DNA of 64,000 nucleotides from Alphaproteobacteria bacterium. Its GTDB lineage: Bacteria; Pseudomonadota; Alphaproteobacteria; MPNO01; UBA830. The notes under the pieces were generated by a model. That model was given only the letters and a program-made list of their open reading frames with translations, did no database searches and was not told the origin of the DNA. The translations under genes and the position numbers were made by a program. Positions 21,303 to 36,934 of this stretch are shown here, piece after piece (position 1 is the stretch's first letter; the number at the start of each line of letters is the position of its first letter). Where the stretch lies: contig OZ219790.1 of NCBI GenBank assembly GCA_964291215.2, positions 192,001 through 256,000 on the forward strand, in the 5' to 3' direction.

Positions 21303-22691
21303 TCACAGCAGCATCGCGGGCGGGTATTCGATGTATCTCTTGATCGCGGAGATAAGTTCACTGGCGATCGCGCCGTCGATCAGCCGGTGATCAACGGAAA
21401 GCGTGCAACTCATGACCGTCGCGGCAACGATATCGCCGTTCCTCGCCACGGGACGCTGTTCGCCGGCGCCGACTGCAAGAATGCAGGCCTGGGGAGGATT
21501 GATCACGGCGTCGAACTGGCGAATGCCGTACATGCCCAGATTCGAAATCGTGAAACTCCCGCCCTGATATTCCTCGGGCAGCAGCTTGCCGTCGCGTGCG
21601 CGCGCAGCAAGATCCTTAACCTCGGCAGAGATTTCCTTCAACCCCTTGGTTTCCGCAGCACGCACCACCGGCGTGACCAGGCCTTCGGACAGCGCCACGG
21701 CAACTGCAATGTCGACTGACCGGAAACGGCGCATCTCGTCCTCGTTCTCGTAGGCGACATTGGCCACGGGCACGTCCCTGAGTGCCAGCGCACAGGCCCG
21801 CACGATAAAGTCGTTGATCGAAAGCCCGGCTTCACCGGGCATCGAGTTCAGTGATGTTCTGACCTTCAGCAGCTCGTCGATCTCGCACTCGACAGTGAGA
21901 TAGAAATGGGGCACCCGGGTCTTCGATTCGGTCATGCGCCTGGCGATCACCTTGCGCATCGCCGACAGGCTGACCAGCTCCCAGGAATCATCGTCCGCGG
22001 CAACGGGCGCAGGCGCTTCCGCGGCGGCTGCCGCCGCTGCCTCTACATCGCGCCTGACGATCCGATCGCCGGGTCCGGAACCCTGGATCGTCGAAAGCTT
22101 GAGACCGGCTTCCGCTGCCATCCGACGCGCCACCGGACTGGCGAAGATCCTCTTCCCGGCGGCTTCCGCACCGGGTGGAGCGGCGGCTGCGGTCGTCGCC
22201 GGTGTTTCTTCGCGCGCCGACAGGGCCGCCTCGACATCTGCCTTCAGGATCCGGCCGCGATCGCCAGTCCCCGGTACGACGGCGAGGTCGAGATCGGCCT
22301 GCTGGGCGATCCGTCGGGCGAGCGGAGAAGCGCTGACCTCGCCGGATGCTGCCGCAGCCTCGGCAGCGATTCCGTCTGCAGAGGCCGCGTCCAGAGCCTT
22401 TGCGCCGCCGGCAGGAGAGTTCATGCTATCCAGCGCGGAGTTATCCTCGCCGTCTTCGAGCAGGAGGCCGATGGTCGCGTTAACCTTGACGCCTTCCGTG
22501 CCCTCGGCGATGACGATGCGCCCGAGGGTGCCCTCGTCGACGGCCTCCACCTCCATGGTCGCCTTGTCGGTTTCGATTTCCGCTATCACATCGCCGGGAC
22601 CGATGCGATCGCCTTCCTTGACATGCCACTTGGCGAGATTGCCTTCTGTCATTGTTGGCGACAAGGCGGGCATGAGTATCCTGACGGCCAT
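21303..22691 (-). CDS. pdhC: pyruvate dehydrogenase E2
   Basis: Lipoyl domain ETDKATME, two ASP.ARR E3-binding domains, DHRLIDG. Confidence 0.96.
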   Translation of the reverse strand: MAVRILMPALSPTMTEGNLAKWHVKEGDRIGPGDVIAEIETDKATMEVEAVDEGTLGRIVIAEGTEGVKVNATIGLLLEDGEDNSALDSMNSPAGGAKALDAASADGIAAEAAAASGEVSASPLARRIAQQADLDLAVVPGTGDRGRILKADVEAALSAREETPATTAAAAPPGAEAAGKRIFASPVARRMAAEAGLKLSTIQGSGPGDRIVRRDVEAAAAAAAEAPAPVAADDDSWELVSLSAMRKVIARRMTESKTRVPHFYLTVECEIDELLKVRTSLNSMPGEAGLSINDFIVRACALALRDVPVANVAYENEDEMRRFRSVDIAVAVALSEGLVTPVVRAAETKGLKEISAEVKDLAARARDGKLLPEEYQGGSFTISNLGMYGIRQFDAVINPPQACILAVGAGEQRPVARNGDIVAATVMSCTLSVDHRLIDGAIASELISAIKRYIEYPPAMLL

Positions 22692-22704
22692 CTTCGGGCT
22701 CCGG

Positions 22705-24093
22705 CTAGTTCGTATAACAGACCGACTGCACCGCTTTCACCACGTCTTCGGGCTGCGGCAGGGCCAGCTTTTCGAGGTTGGCCGCGTAGGGCAGCGGGAC
22801 ATCGGCGGCGCAGACCCGCGTTACCGGCGCATCGAGCCAGTCAAAGGCGTGCTCCATCATCAGGGCTGCGATCTCGGCACCGATTCCGGCCACCGGCCAG
22901 CCCTCCTCGACCGACACGATGCGGTTCGTCTTCCGGACCGAGGACACAACCGTATCGACATCGAGCGGACGCAGCGTCCGGAGATCGATGACTTCAGCCT
23001 CAATGCCGTCGGCAGCGAGTTCGTCTGCGGCAGCCAGCGCATGCTCGACGGCTATCGAGAACGCGGTGATGGTGACGTCGCCACCCTCCCGGGCGATCCG
23101 GGCACTCCCGATCGGAACAGTCCAGTCCGGCCCCTCGGGGACATCGAAGCTCTGACCGTAGAGGATCTCGTTCTCGAGGAAGATCACCGGGTTGGGATCC
23201 CGGATGGCAGACTTGAGCAGCCCCTTGGCATCCGCCGCCGAATACGGGGCGACGACATGGAGTCCGGGAACATGCGCGTACCAACTGGCGAAACACTGTG
23301 AATGCTGGGCAGCGACGCGGGCAGCAGCGCCGTTGGGGCCGCGAAAGACGACCGGGCACCCCATCTGTCCGCCCGACATGTAATTGGTCTTTGCCGCCGA
23401 ATTGATGATCTGGTCCATGGCCTGCAGCGCGAAATTGAAGGTCATGAACTCGACGATCGGCTTCAAGCCGCCGAAAGCCGCGCCGACGCCAAGACCGGTG
23501 AAGCCGTGCTCGGTGATTGGCGTGTCGATTACCCTTCCGCCGCCGAACTCCTCGAGGAGGCCCTGACTGACCTTGTAGGCGCCCTGGTATTCCGCAACCT
23601 CCTCGCCCATCAGGAAAACGCGGTCGTCAGCGCGCATTTCCTCGGCCATCGCATCGCGCAGCACCTCGCGAACCGTTTGCCGCACGGTCGCGCGGCCCGC
23701 ATCTGTTTGCGCCGGCGCCGCTGTGATCAGGGCGGCTGCAGACGCCGCAGGCGGTTCGGTCGAAAGCCCGTGCTCCGCAGCATCCGCAACCGTCAACGCA
23801 GCCGCCGCTGCGTCGGAAACCGGGCCATAGGGATCTACGGCTGCGGTCTCTCCGTCTTCGAGCAGGACCCCGATGACCTCGTTGACGCGTATGTTCTCGC
23901 TGCCTTCCGAGATCAATATCTTGCCGAGTACGCCTTCGTCGACGGCTTCGACTTCCATCGTCGCCTTGTCGGTCTCGATTTCCGCAATCACGTCGCCGGC
24001 AGCGATCCGGTCGCCTTCACGCTTGTGCCACTTGGCCAGATTGCCCTCGGTCATGGTCGGCGAGAGCGCCGGCATGAGAATATTGATGGACAT
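22705..24093 (-). CDS. pdhB: pyruvate dehydrogenase E1 beta with N-terminal lipoyl domain
   Basis: [23 protein letters not shown]. Confidence 0.96.
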   Translation of the reverse strand: MSINILMPALSPTMTEGNLAKWHKREGDRIAAGDVIAEIETDKATMEVEAVDEGVLGKILISEGSENIRVNEVIGVLLEDGETAAVDPYGPVSDAAAAALTVADAAEHGLSTEPPAASAAALITAAPAQTDAGRATVRQTVREVLRDAMAEEMRADDRVFLMGEEVAEYQGAYKVSQGLLEEFGGGRVIDTPITEHGFTGLGVGAAFGGLKPIVEFMTFNFALQAMDQIINSAAKTNYMSGGQMGCPVVFRGPNGAAARVAAQHSQCFASWYAHVPGLHVVAPYSAADAKGLLKSAIRDPNPVIFLENEILYGQSFDVPEGPDWTVPIGSARIAREGGDVTITAFSIAVEHALAAADELAADGIEAEVIDLRTLRPLDVDTVVSSVRKTNRIVSVEEGWPVAGIGAEIAALMMEHAFDWLDAPVTRVCAADVPLPYAANLEKLALPQPEDVVKAVQSVCYTN

Positions 24094-24108
24094 CGCCGGC
24101 CTCCTGTC

Positions 24109-25182
24109 TCAGGTCGCGACCAGAACGTCGGTGTGGAGTTCGGAGGGTTCGGGTTCAGGGCTTTCCCGGGCAAACTGCGCGGCCTCGGCGACAGTCGCAC
24201 GGACCTCGCGGTCAAGGGCGCCGAGGTCCTCCTCCGAGCGGTGGCCAAGCTCGACGATTACCCGGCCGAGATTGGTGATAGGGTCATGCTGTTCGCGCAT
24301 TTCCGCGACCTCTTCCCGGGTCCGGTACTGAGCGGGATCAGACATCGAATGCCCGCGATAGCGGTAGGTCTGCATCTCGAGGACACACGGTCCGTTGCCG
24401 GCGCGGCATCCTGCAACCGCCTCTGCCGCCGCTTCGCGCACAGCAAGGACATCCATGCCATCCACTTCTCTGCCGGCGATGCCGTAGGGCTCGCCAAGCC
24501 GGTACAGATCCTTGGCCGCAGAGGCCCGGTCCACCGACGTGCCCATGCCATAGCGGTTGTTTTCGATGACGTAGACCACAGGCAGTTCCCAGAGTCGCGC
24601 CATGTTGAAGGCCTCGTGCACCTGTCCCTGGTTGACGGCGCCATCGCCGAGATAGGTCAGCGAAACGCCATCGGTGCCGCGATACCGCGCGGCAAAGGCA
24701 AGGCCGGTTCCGATTGGAACCTGGGCGCCGACGATTCCATGTCCGCCGTAGAAGCCCTTTTCCTTCGAGAACATGTGCATCGAGCCGCCCTTGCCCCTCG
24801 AGTAGCCGTCGCTACGTCCCGTGAGTTCCGCCATCACTCCCTTCGGATCCATTCCGCACGCCAGCATGTGGCCGTGGTCGCGATAGCTCGTGATCACGCT
24901 GTCGCGGTCGTCGATGGCCGTCTGCATACCCACGACCACTGCCTCCTGACCGATATAGAGATGACAGAACCCGCCGATCGTGCCCATACCGTAGAGCTGG
25001 GCCGCGCGCTCCTCGAAGCGCCGTATCAGAAGCATGTCGCGATAAAGAGCCAGCAGCTCGTCGCTTCCCGGCTGGGCACTCTTCCGGCCGTTGGTGCGTT
25101 TGGCGGCGCTCGCCGCCGTCCGTTTGCGCCCGGCGCTCCGGGGCCGCTTTTCGCGTGTCGAGGCCCGAGATGTCTTGGCCAT
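24109..25182 (-). CDS. pdhA: pyruvate dehydrogenase E1 alpha
   Basis: GFCHLYIGQEA, GDGAVNQG, YRYRGHSMSD. Confidence 0.97.
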   Translation of the reverse strand: MAKTSRASTREKRPRSAGRKRTAASAAKRTNGRKSAQPGSDELLALYRDMLLIRRFEERAAQLYGMGTIGGFCHLYIGQEAVVVGMQTAIDDRDSVITSYRDHGHMLACGMDPKGVMAELTGRSDGYSRGKGGSMHMFSKEKGFYGGHGIVGAQVPIGTGLAFAARYRGTDGVSLTYLGDGAVNQGQVHEAFNMARLWELPVVYVIENNRYGMGTSVDRASAAKDLYRLGEPYGIAGREVDGMDVLAVREAAAEAVAGCRAGNGPCVLEMQTYRYRGHSMSDPAQYRTREEVAEMREQHDPITNLGRVIVELGHRSEEDLGALDREVRATVAEAAQFARESPEPEPSELHTDVLVAT

Positions 25183-25328
25183 GGAAACCTCTTCGAAGCG
25201 TCAATACGTGCATCTGCCCGCATCAGCCGCACGCATGCCGCACAACGTACGCTTGAGCCAGCATAGAGAATTCATCTCAAGTCGCAAATCCGGCCGCGCG
25301 CCATGCTGCCGGCGCAAACGCCGGCAGG

Positions 25329-25679
25329 CTACTCTTTCGGGAGTTGCGCAGTTCCCGGGTCGCCTGCCTTGCCGATGGTCAGGATATAGTCCCGGGGGTG
25401 CACCAAGCCGGTCATGATGCGCGCCCGTTCGTCGAGCATGTCGGGATCAATGCCTGAGGACTTGAGAAGCGAGACGCGTTTTTCCATGGTCGTGCGCCGG
25501 GTCGCGGTCTCTGTGAGAACGTTCTTCGCGACCTCGATGTTCCTGTGAATCTGCAACCAGGCCAGGAGGCCGCTATCGCCGTTGACGGCATGCCACAGAA
25601 AATAGCAGACGAACAGCGTGCCAAGGATCGGCACCGCCATGTGGCGCGCCCGCCGCCGAATTTCATGAAATGTCCTCAT
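25329..25679 (-). CDS. ftsB: septum formation initiator FtsB/DivIC
   Basis: TM helix + GDSGL + coiled coil + DPDMLDERAR; upstream of pdhA. Confidence 0.85.
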   Translation of the reverse strand: MRTFHEIRRRARHMAVPILGTLFVCYFLWHAVNGDSGLLAWLQIHRNIEVAKNVLTETATRRTTMEKRVSLLKSSGIDPDMLDERARIMTGLVHPRDYILTIGKAGDPGTAQLPKE

Positions 25680-26006
25680 GACCGAATCGAATCATATCCA
25701 GGGGCCAAAGGTCAAGGGATTTTTCGTTGGCATGCAGGAGCCGGTTTTCCGGAACCCGCCGGGCAGCGACACCGGAAACCTCCGCTCTTCCGATGCATCC
25801 GCAGTACGACAGTCAGCGGGCGACAGGGTTCTGCCGAATCGCCTGCATCCGAAAGGAGACGGATTCCTGAATGCCGGACAGCCGTGCCGCCTCGGCAAGG
25901 ACGATGGAACTGTCGACATCAGGCCCGGGAAGGGGTTGCCGCGCAACGGGCAGAATGAGCGCCGGGACGGTCAGGATCACGGCCCGCTGCAGACCACGGA
26001 CGCCGA

Positions 26007-27896
26007 TCAGTATTGTTGGTGTGCGAAAAGTGCCTCCATGGCCGCGGAATTGACGACAACGTCATACTCCTGCCTCAACGCACGGGTGAATTCATCAAGG
26101 AGGTCGTCCCGCAGGGCATTCGTGAGTTTCTCCTGCAACTGCTTGTACCCTTCGCTTTCGCGGTCCGGCGCGGCATTCTCGATTCCGGTAACGCGGGCCA
26201 CCACGTACCCGTCGCGAATTTCGCTGAGGAAGAAGTTCAGCTCCTTCGCCAAAAAGAGATCGGCGAGCATGTCCGGGGGCAGAGGAGCCTTGACATCGCC
26301 GCCGCCGAGGCGGTCGACGGGGCCGCCATTTGCAACCTTCAGCCCGCCCTCCTCCGCAAGCGACCCGAGTGACAGGCCGGCCTTGGCCCGCTCCAGAATC
26401 TTTTCCGCGCGATCCCTGGCCTCGCGGTCGGAACGATCCGCCTGCCACGCGTGCTTGACCTTGTCGCGCACCTCGGAAAGCGGACGCCGGGCGGATGCGA
26501 TCACCTCATCGACCCGCAGCACGAAATAGCCGCCATCGGCGCTTTCCACGACATCGCTGGTCTCGCCCGCATCGGTGCCGAAGACCGTCTGCATGAATCC
26601 CGGGTCTTCCGGCAGCCCGTCAATGCGCTTGCCGTCGCGCGACATCCTGCCGGAATCGATCGGCTGAACGGCGCGCACCTGGCCGCCGACCTCGGAGGCG
26701 GCGTCCTCGAGCGTTCCTCCCCCGGCAAGCACATCCTCCAGACGGTTGCCCTGCCTCACGAGATCATCGAGAGCGAGCTCGTACGCGAGGTCTGCCGCGA
26801 TCTCCTTGCTGACCTCGTCAAATGACGGGGTCCGGCCGGGTTCTATTGCGGTCACCTGCACGATGTGCCAGCCAAGAGGCGTCCTGACAGGCTCGCTGAA
26901 TCCATCCTTGTTCAAAGCAAAGGCCGCTTTGCCAAGAGCAGGGGGGAGTTCTGCGTGCGCCACGAGGCCAAGATCCGTCTTTCGTATCGAACCGTCCCCG
27001 CCGGCATCAAACGCGCCGCCGCCCAGGAGCTCCGCGTGGAGCGCCTTCGCGCCTTCCTTCGACGACGCGAGAAGTTGCCGGATCTGGCGTCGTTCCGGAA
27101 CGGAAAGCGAAGCCTGGCGGTCCTCATACTCCTCGCGCACGCGTTCAGGATCAGGCTCCATCTCCCTGGCGATTTTCGCAGGATTGAGATAGAGAACGCT
27201 CAGGCGCCGGTATTCCGGCGCCTTGAATGCGTCCTCGTTCCTTGAGAAATAGTCTGCCAGTTCGGCGTCGGACGGGGCCGAGACCGTCTTCGGATCTCTA
27301 CGGGCGATGCTGACGAATTCCGCCGAGCGCCGTTCGCCGCTGAAACGGAACACGACATCCGCCAGAAGCGGCGGCGCGCTTGCGCCGTCCTCGACGACAC
27401 CGGTCAGGAACTGCCGCTGCACCTCGCCACGCACCGACTCCACGTATGCGTCTTCGGAAAGTCCGTTGTTGGCGAGGACGGCCTGGTAGGCCGCGCGGTC
27501 GAACTCGCCCAGGGAATTGCGGAATGCCGGTTCGTTCCTGATGCGGCCAGCGACAAGGTCGTCGCTGGCGCGCAATCCAAGTCGTCCCGCCTCGAGATCG
27601 AGAAGATAGCGCGACAGGATGCCCTCGAGCGCCATATCGGCCAGGCCCATGGCGTGCGCCTGCTCGGTGTCGATATTGCCGTATTGTCGGCGCGCATCCT
27701 CCATCACCTGGCGGAACCGCCGCTGGAATTCCCGCGAAGACACCCTGTTGCCGTCGACGGTCGCGATCTCGTCCGGATTTGAGATCACGCCAACCATGTC
27801 GCCGACTCCCCAGAGCGCAAAGCTGGCAATCAGCAACAGCGCAAGAATCTGAATGACGATCTTGCTGACGCCCTTTCTCATTTTCTCGAGAAGCAT
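26007..27896 (-). CDS. ppiD: PpiD/SurA-family peptidylprolyl isomerase
   Basis: MLEKMR..SFALWGV, PEYRR, SEPVRTPLGWH; divergent from tpiA. Confidence 0.9.
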   Translation of the reverse strand: MLLEKMRKGVSKIVIQILALLLIASFALWGVGDMVGVISNPDEIATVDGNRVSSREFQRRFRQVMEDARRQYGNIDTEQAHAMGLADMALEGILSRYLLDLEAGRLGLRASDDLVAGRIRNEPAFRNSLGEFDRAAYQAVLANNGLSEDAYVESVRGEVQRQFLTGVVEDGASAPPLLADVVFRFSGERRSAEFVSIARRDPKTVSAPSDAELADYFSRNEDAFKAPEYRRLSVLYLNPAKIAREMEPDPERVREEYEDRQASLSVPERRQIRQLLASSKEGAKALHAELLGGGAFDAGGDGSIRKTDLGLVAHAELPPALGKAAFALNKDGFSEPVRTPLGWHIVQVTAIEPGRTPSFDEVSKEIAADLAYELALDDLVRQGNRLEDVLAGGGTLEDAASEVGGQVRAVQPIDSGRMSRDGKRIDGLPEDPGFMQTVFGTDAGETSDVVESADGGYFVLRVDEVIASARRPLSEVRDKVKHAWQADRSDREARDRAEKILERAKAGLSLGSLAEEGGLKVANGGPVDRLGGGDVKAPLPPDMLADLFLAKELNFFLSEIRDGYVVARVTGIENAAPDRESEGYKQLQEKLTNALRDDLLDEFTRALRQEYDVVVNSAAMEALFAHQQY

Positions 27897-28190
27897 TCGT
27901 TCCTCAACCCGGCACGTTGTTCAAACCGGCAGCATCATAACGGAGCCCGCCAGCAACGTGAAGGCCAAAGGACCTCCCTGAAGCCGGATCCGGGCACCGG
28001 CGGTCCGCCGCGCTCCGGTTCCGTGGCGCAAACCACGATGGGCACCAACCGTCACGCGAACCGCGCCCGGAGCGAGGCCCGAGTTGCCGGGTGGAGGCAT
28101 GCTGGAAATCGTTCCTCGGGCTGCTATCTTGGCCGTTATCGAACTTGCTCGGTGCCGCCCCTTTCCCAGTCGGCACAACAAAGGAAACTC

Positions 28191-28943
28191 ATGGCTAGCC
28201 GCTATCTGATCGCCGGCAACTGGAAAATGCACGGCACCCCTGCCTTTGCCGCCGAACTGGCCGACGAATTGGCGAACGGCTTCACGAACCTCGAGGCGCA
28301 CGATCTTGAGCTGCTTGTGTGTCCGCCCGCACCGGTGCTGACCGTAGTCCGCGCCGCCATCGGCAGCGGCAGGCTGCTTCTCGGCGCGCAGGACTGTCAT
28401 CCGCGCGAGGAGGGTGCACATACGGGAGACATCTCCGCTCAGATGCTATTCGAGGTTGGCTGCAGCCACGTCATCGTCGGCCATTCGGAGCGCCGCGCCG
28501 ATCATGGCGAGGACGACGCGCTGGTGCGCGCCAAGGCCGTGGCGGCACAGGAGGCCGGTCTGGTTCCCATAATTTGCATCGGAGAGTCGCTGGCTGAACG
28601 CGAAGACGGACGGGCGGTCGAAGTTGTCCTCGGGCAGCTTTCCGCCTCCCTGCCCCCGGCTGGTTCCGCCGCCGACGCCGTCATTGCCTATGAGCCGGTA
28701 TGGGCGATAGGCACCGGACGGACGCCCACAGGGCAAGACATAGCCGACATGCACAGTGCGATCCGCGGCTCCCTCGAAGGACTGGCCGCTGGCGCAGAAG
28801 ACATGCGTATCCTCTATGGCGGATCGGTGAAGCCGGACAATGCGGGCGATATACTCGCGATCGCCAACGTCGACGGGGCTCTCGTCGGCGGCGCAAGCCT
28901 CGATGCGGACAGCTTTCTGAAGATTGCCGCCTCCTGTCCTTGA
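28191..28943 (+). CDS. tpiA: triosephosphate isomerase
   Basis: AGNWKM, GHSERR, AYEPVWAIGTG, YGGSV. Confidence 0.97.
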   Translation: MASRYLIAGNWKMHGTPAFAAELADELANGFTNLEAHDLELLVCPPAPVLTVVRAAIGSGRLLLGAQDCHPREEGAHTGDISAQMLFEVGCSHVIVGHSERRADHGEDDALVRAKAVAAQEAGLVPIICIGESLAEREDGRAVEVVLGQLSASLPPAGSAADAVIAYEPVWAIGTGRTPTGQDIADMHSAIRGSLEGLAAGAEDMRILYGGSVKPDNAGDILAIANVDGALVGGASLDADSFLKIAASCP

Positions 28944-29060
28944 CCGAAGGCAGCAATTCGTCTAGTCAGCGGTCCGCGAACTACGAACGGGACAACGCGG
29001 TGCATCTCTGCCCGCCTGCCTGATGGCATTTCCGGCCACGATAGGAATTCTCCGCGAACC

Positions 29061-29390
29061 ATGATTCAGGTTCTTCTGATCGTTCACCTCATCCTCGCCA
29101 TTGCACTGGTCGGAATAATCCTGGTCCAGCGCAGTGAGGGCGGCGCTCTCGGCATTGGCGGCGGCAACATGGGCGGGTTGATGACGACGCGCGGCTCGGC
29201 GAGCCTGCTAACTCGCGCAACCGCCATCATCGCCGCCTGCTTCATCTGCACCAGCCTGCTGCTCGCCGTCTGGTCCTCGGCGACGCGCGCCCCGAGCTCA
29301 GTACTCGACCGTGCCGCAACACCGGCCCCGGTCGAGCAGCCGATCGAAAGTGCGGTGCCACCGCAACCAGCAGTTCCCGTCGAACGCTAA
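29061..29390 (+). CDS. secG: preprotein translocase subunit SecG
   Basis: LVQRSEGGALG, LTRAT; follows tpiA. Confidence 0.93.
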   Translation: MIQVLLIVHLILAIALVGIILVQRSEGGALGIGGGNMGGLMTTRGSASLLTRATAIIAACFICTSLLLAVWSSATRAPSSVLDRAATPAPVEQPIESAVPPQPAVPVER

Positions 29391-29532
29391 CTTCCCCGCT
29401 CGGCAGGCCGCAGACCCGGGGGCGGACCAGTCCCCCCTCCTCCATTGCCGGCGGCACCGTTTCCCGCCTCTATCCCAGCCATAACCCGCGCGACCCCTCT
29501 CCGTCGCCCAGCGCCTCGGCGATTCGCTCTTG

Positions 29533-30550
29533 CAGGCATTTCCCACGCTGCATTCAATTTTGCTGTCTTCTGCTGTCCGGAGGTTTCACGGCGTGCCGGG
29601 TTTTTCGGCTTCGGGGCCGTCCGCGGTCGGCGGCGTTGCCGGCGCGCGGGCGGGTTGTTTTCGGGTTGTGGGCGGCGTCCGGGAATCGGCCGGACATCAT
29701 TGGTGCTCAGGGCTGCGACGGCTTCCCGGCGGTCGAGCTGCAGCCGTGTTTCGGCGAGGCTCTCGCGTTCGGTTGGCGAAGATCACCGCGAGCGCGATGT
29801 TGTCGAGGCTGGCGCGGTTTGCGGGTCAGGCAGGCGTCTTCGCCGAAGACGCAGTCTCGGTGGTTCATGTTTTCCACGGCCCGCGGCCGCAGCAGTTCCT
29901 CTGGCGACGCGTGTTGCGCATCGAGCTGATGCACCGGTGCAGTCGTTGCCGCTCGCTGCGCCGCTGGCGCTCTTTCCCGGCGGCTTGCGGTAGCATGCGG
30001 GCGATCTGGCCGGGGTAGTTGATCAGGTCCTCGAGCGGCACGCGCTGCTCAAGGCGGGCCTTGCCTCCCTGAAGCGGCCATCCGTCTCCCGGTCGATGCC
30101 GTCGAAGGTTTCGGGCGCCCTTGACCGGAAAGACGTGGTCTGCGCCGCAGCGCCGGGTTATCAGCGTCGCCGGCGTCGTGCGGGTGATCACCTTGCCGCG
30201 GACATCGGTGCGCTCGAGGAGGTGGCCGCCAGCTCGCCGTCGTCGAAGTTCAACAGCGCGAAGGGTGCGCCGGAGGCGTGAGGGCCACGGTCTCGTGGTG
30301 GCCGCCGCGGATGCGCTTGCCGTCGTCACGGTCGCCGCTGCCCCGTTTTCGTTCAAGGTCGCCGCACAAATTTCGGGCATGTTGCCTGAATTCAGATCGC
30401 CCGCAGCGGCGGTTGCGCAACGCGCCGAACCCTCCATCCGGTCCGCATTCGCTCGGTGAATGCGGACCGGCGGCTCAATGCGGGATGCGAGCCGCCCCGA
30501 GCCGCCGGATCACTCCGCAGGCGCGGTTCCGGGGGCGTTGCGTCCGAGGA
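29533..30550 (-). mobile_element. ISAs1-family remnant
   Basis: GKVIT..GADHVFPVKG and VENMNHRDCVFGED fragments; CAGG terminus at 29533. Confidence 0.7.
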
Positions 30551-30551
30551 T

Positions 30552-30893
30552 CAGACATCCTGACCTCGGCTTTGATTTCTTCGAATCAGGGTGATTCTTC
30601 CGGGCCGAGTTTGCGTGCGTTGTCTGGCAGTTCTTAGATCATGCGGAGGCCGGTTCCGGAGCTTCTTCACTGCACGGTCGCGCGGCTCACGCCGCCTGCA
30701 GGTTTCTTTGAGGTTCCGATCTGGACGGCTTCAGGAGAGTGCATCGCGAACGTGTTCATGGCCGGGGCCATCCAATTCCAGGCATCGTGCCATCACGCGG
30801 CTATGTTGTCAAGAAAACCTGTAAAATCATTGATTGTATTGAAAAAAATGGAATATAGACGGATCAAGTCGACTCACGAGGTCAGGACATCTG
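30552..30893. mobile_element. internally deleted IS / MITE (possibly IS4-derived)
   Basis: 17-bp IR CAGACATCCTGACCTCG / CGAGGTCAGGACATCTG (2 mismatches); the minus strand has a GRREPR..AVKK-like transposase tail. Confidence 0.6.
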
Positions 30894-30904
30894 AAGTTGG
30901 TTGA

Positions 30905-32996
<2,092 letters not shown>

Positions 32997-33008
32997 ACGG
33001 GGCGCGCA

Positions 33009-33848
33009 ATGGAGCGAATACGTTTCGAGACCGGCGAATTCACCGTCGCCAACGACGCGCCGATGGCGCTGATCGCCGGGCCCTGCGCGCTGGAAAGCCG
33101 CGAACATGCGATGGAGATGTCAGCGGCGCTGACGGAAATCACCGCCCGGCTTGGCATCGGTCTGATCTACAAGACTTCCTTCGACAAGGCCAACAGGACC
33201 TCGACCGACAGCCCCCGCGGTCTCGGCCTCGACGAAAGCCTGCCCATCCTCGCGGAAATCCGCGAGGCCCGGGGCTGCCCGGTGCTGACGGATGTCCATC
33301 TTCCCGAGCAGTGTGCGCCGGTAGCGGAAGCCGTCGACGTGTTGCAAATCCCCGCTTTCCTGTGCCGCCAGACAGATCTCGTGGTCGCCGCAGCCCGCAC
33401 CGGCAGGCCGCTCAACATCAAGAAAGGCCAGTTTCTCGCGCCATGGGACATGGGTCATGTCGCCGACAAGGCGCGGGCGGCGGGCAACGCCAAGGTCATG
33501 CTCTGCGAACGCGGCGTTTCGTTTGGCTACAACATGCTGGTTTCCGACATGCGCGCGCTTCCTGAGATGGCGCGAACCGGTTATCCCGTCGTGTTCGACG
33601 CCACCCACTCGGTGATGCTTCCCGGCGGCCGGGGCGCCGTGTCCGGCGGCCAGCGGGAGCATGTTCCCGTGCTCGCCCGCGCGGCCGTCGCCGTCGGCGT
33701 CGCGGCAATTTTCATGGAAACCCACCAGGACCCCGACAGGGCACCTTCCGACGGCCCCAACATGATCGTCCTGCGCGAACTGGCGGCAATCCTCGAGACG
33801 CTTGTCGAGCTCGACCGGCTGGCAAAGGCGCGCCCGCTCCGCATCTGA
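33009..33848 (+). CDS. kdsA: KDO 8-phosphate synthase
   Basis: IAGPC, DKANRTS, KKGQF, DATHS. Confidence 0.97.
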   Translation: MERIRFETGEFTVANDAPMALIAGPCALESREHAMEMSAALTEITARLGIGLIYKTSFDKANRTSTDSPRGLGLDESLPILAEIREARGCPVLTDVHLPEQCAPVAEAVDVLQIPAFLCRQTDLVVAAARTGRPLNIKKGQFLAPWDMGHVADKARAAGNAKVMLCERGVSFGYNMLVSDMRALPEMARTGYPVVFDATHSVMLPGGRGAVSGGQREHVPVLARAAVAVGVAAIFMETHQDPDRAPSDGPNMIVLRELAAILETLVELDRLAKARPLRI

Positions 33849-33890
33849 GCACAACGCCAGCGAGGCTGCGTTGCCGGACCGGCAGACAGC

Positions 33891-35252
<1,362 letters not shown>

Positions 35253-35467
35253 GTTGTTGAAGGACCGGCCCGAACGGTGCGCTGTCTCGCTCAAAACCCG
35301 ACAATGGCTGCGCCCGGCGCTTGACTTGAGCACGATCTGCACGTTTAATGTGTGCGGGCAACGAGCCCTAACCCGAACCCGCGTTGACGGCTGCAGAGCG
35401 GTGCGAGCCACCGCACCCGGCGGCTGGCATGTTTGCGCGCCACCACGACAGTTTCTTGGAGGAGCCC

Positions 35468-35944
<477 letters not shown>

Positions 35945-36019
35945 CCGCCGGCCAGCCGCCGGTGCGCAGTCATCGCCGCGCCCCGGAACCGCCATACGCC
36001 AAGGGAAAGAGTTCAAGCC

Positions 36020-36817
36020 ATGTACGACTTCAACTACAAGCGCGCTACATCCGTCGAAGATGCGACATCGAGCGCTTCCGCCGCCGAGGAAGGCAAGTTC
36101 GTGGCGGGCGGCATGACCTTGCTGCCGACCCTGAAGATGCGCCTCGCCAAGCCATCGGACCTTATCGATCTTGCCGATCTCGACGACCTCGTCGGCATCT
36201 CGGTCACCGCGACCGAGGTAACCATCGGCGCCATGACCCCGCACGCCGTGGTCAACGCGTCTTCCGAGGTTCAGTCGGCCATTCCCGCGCTTGCGAAGCT
36301 CGCCGGCCTGATTGGCGATCCCATGGTCCGCAACCGCGGTACCATCGGTGGTTCGATCTCCAACAACGATCCCGCTGCCGACTATCCCTCGGCAGTCGTT
36401 GGCCTCGGCGCGACTGTGCACACGACCAAGCGCAAGATTGTCGGCGACGACTTCTTCACCGGCCTGTTCGAGACGGCGCTTGAGGAGGACGAGCTGGTTA
36501 CCAGTGTCGTCTTCCCGATCCCCGACAAGGCCGGCTACATGAAGTTTCCGAATCCAGCCTCTCGCTACGCCATCGTCGGCGCCTTCGTCAGCCAGGGCAG
36601 TCAGGGCGCACGCGCCGCAATCACTGGCGCCGGGCCCTGCGTGTTCCGTGTCCCCGAGATGGAAGCCGCGCTCGCCGAGAGTTTCACCCCCGAAGCCGTG
36701 GCGAACATCAAGATCACCGATGACGATCTCAACAGCGACATTCACGCCAGCGCCGAATACCGGGCTCATCTCGTCACCGTCATGGCCAAGCGCGCAGTCG
36801 CGGAGGCCGTCGGCTGA
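36020..36817 (+). CDS. coxM: CoxM/CutM-type FAD subunit
   Basis: AGGMTLLP, VRNRGTIGGS..DPAAD, ASAEYR. Confidence 0.92.
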   Translation: MYDFNYKRATSVEDATSSASAAEEGKFVAGGMTLLPTLKMRLAKPSDLIDLADLDDLVGISVTATEVTIGAMTPHAVVNASSEVQSAIPALAKLAGLIGDPMVRNRGTIGGSISNNDPAADYPSAVVGLGATVHTTKRKIVGDDFFTGLFETALEEDELVTSVVFPIPDKAGYMKFPNPASRYAIVGAFVSQGSQGARAAITGAGPCVFRVPEMEAALAESFTPEAVANIKITDDDLNSDIHASAEYRAHLVTVMAKRAVAEAVG

Positions 36818-36934
36818 AGGTGGTGGAGGCCACTTCCCCGGCATCGGCTCCGGTTCCAATGGTGCCACAGTGTCCGCGACGGACCGGCGTGGGCCGTTCC
36901 GTGGGCCGCGATGGGCACACTTCCGGTTGAGCGC

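Noticed and set aside
23302-25266. Long plus-strand ORF (and similar shadow ORFs, e.g. 35648-37501, 40131-41786, 34140-35615)
   Set aside because: Antisense shadows of well-identified genes in high-GC DNA.
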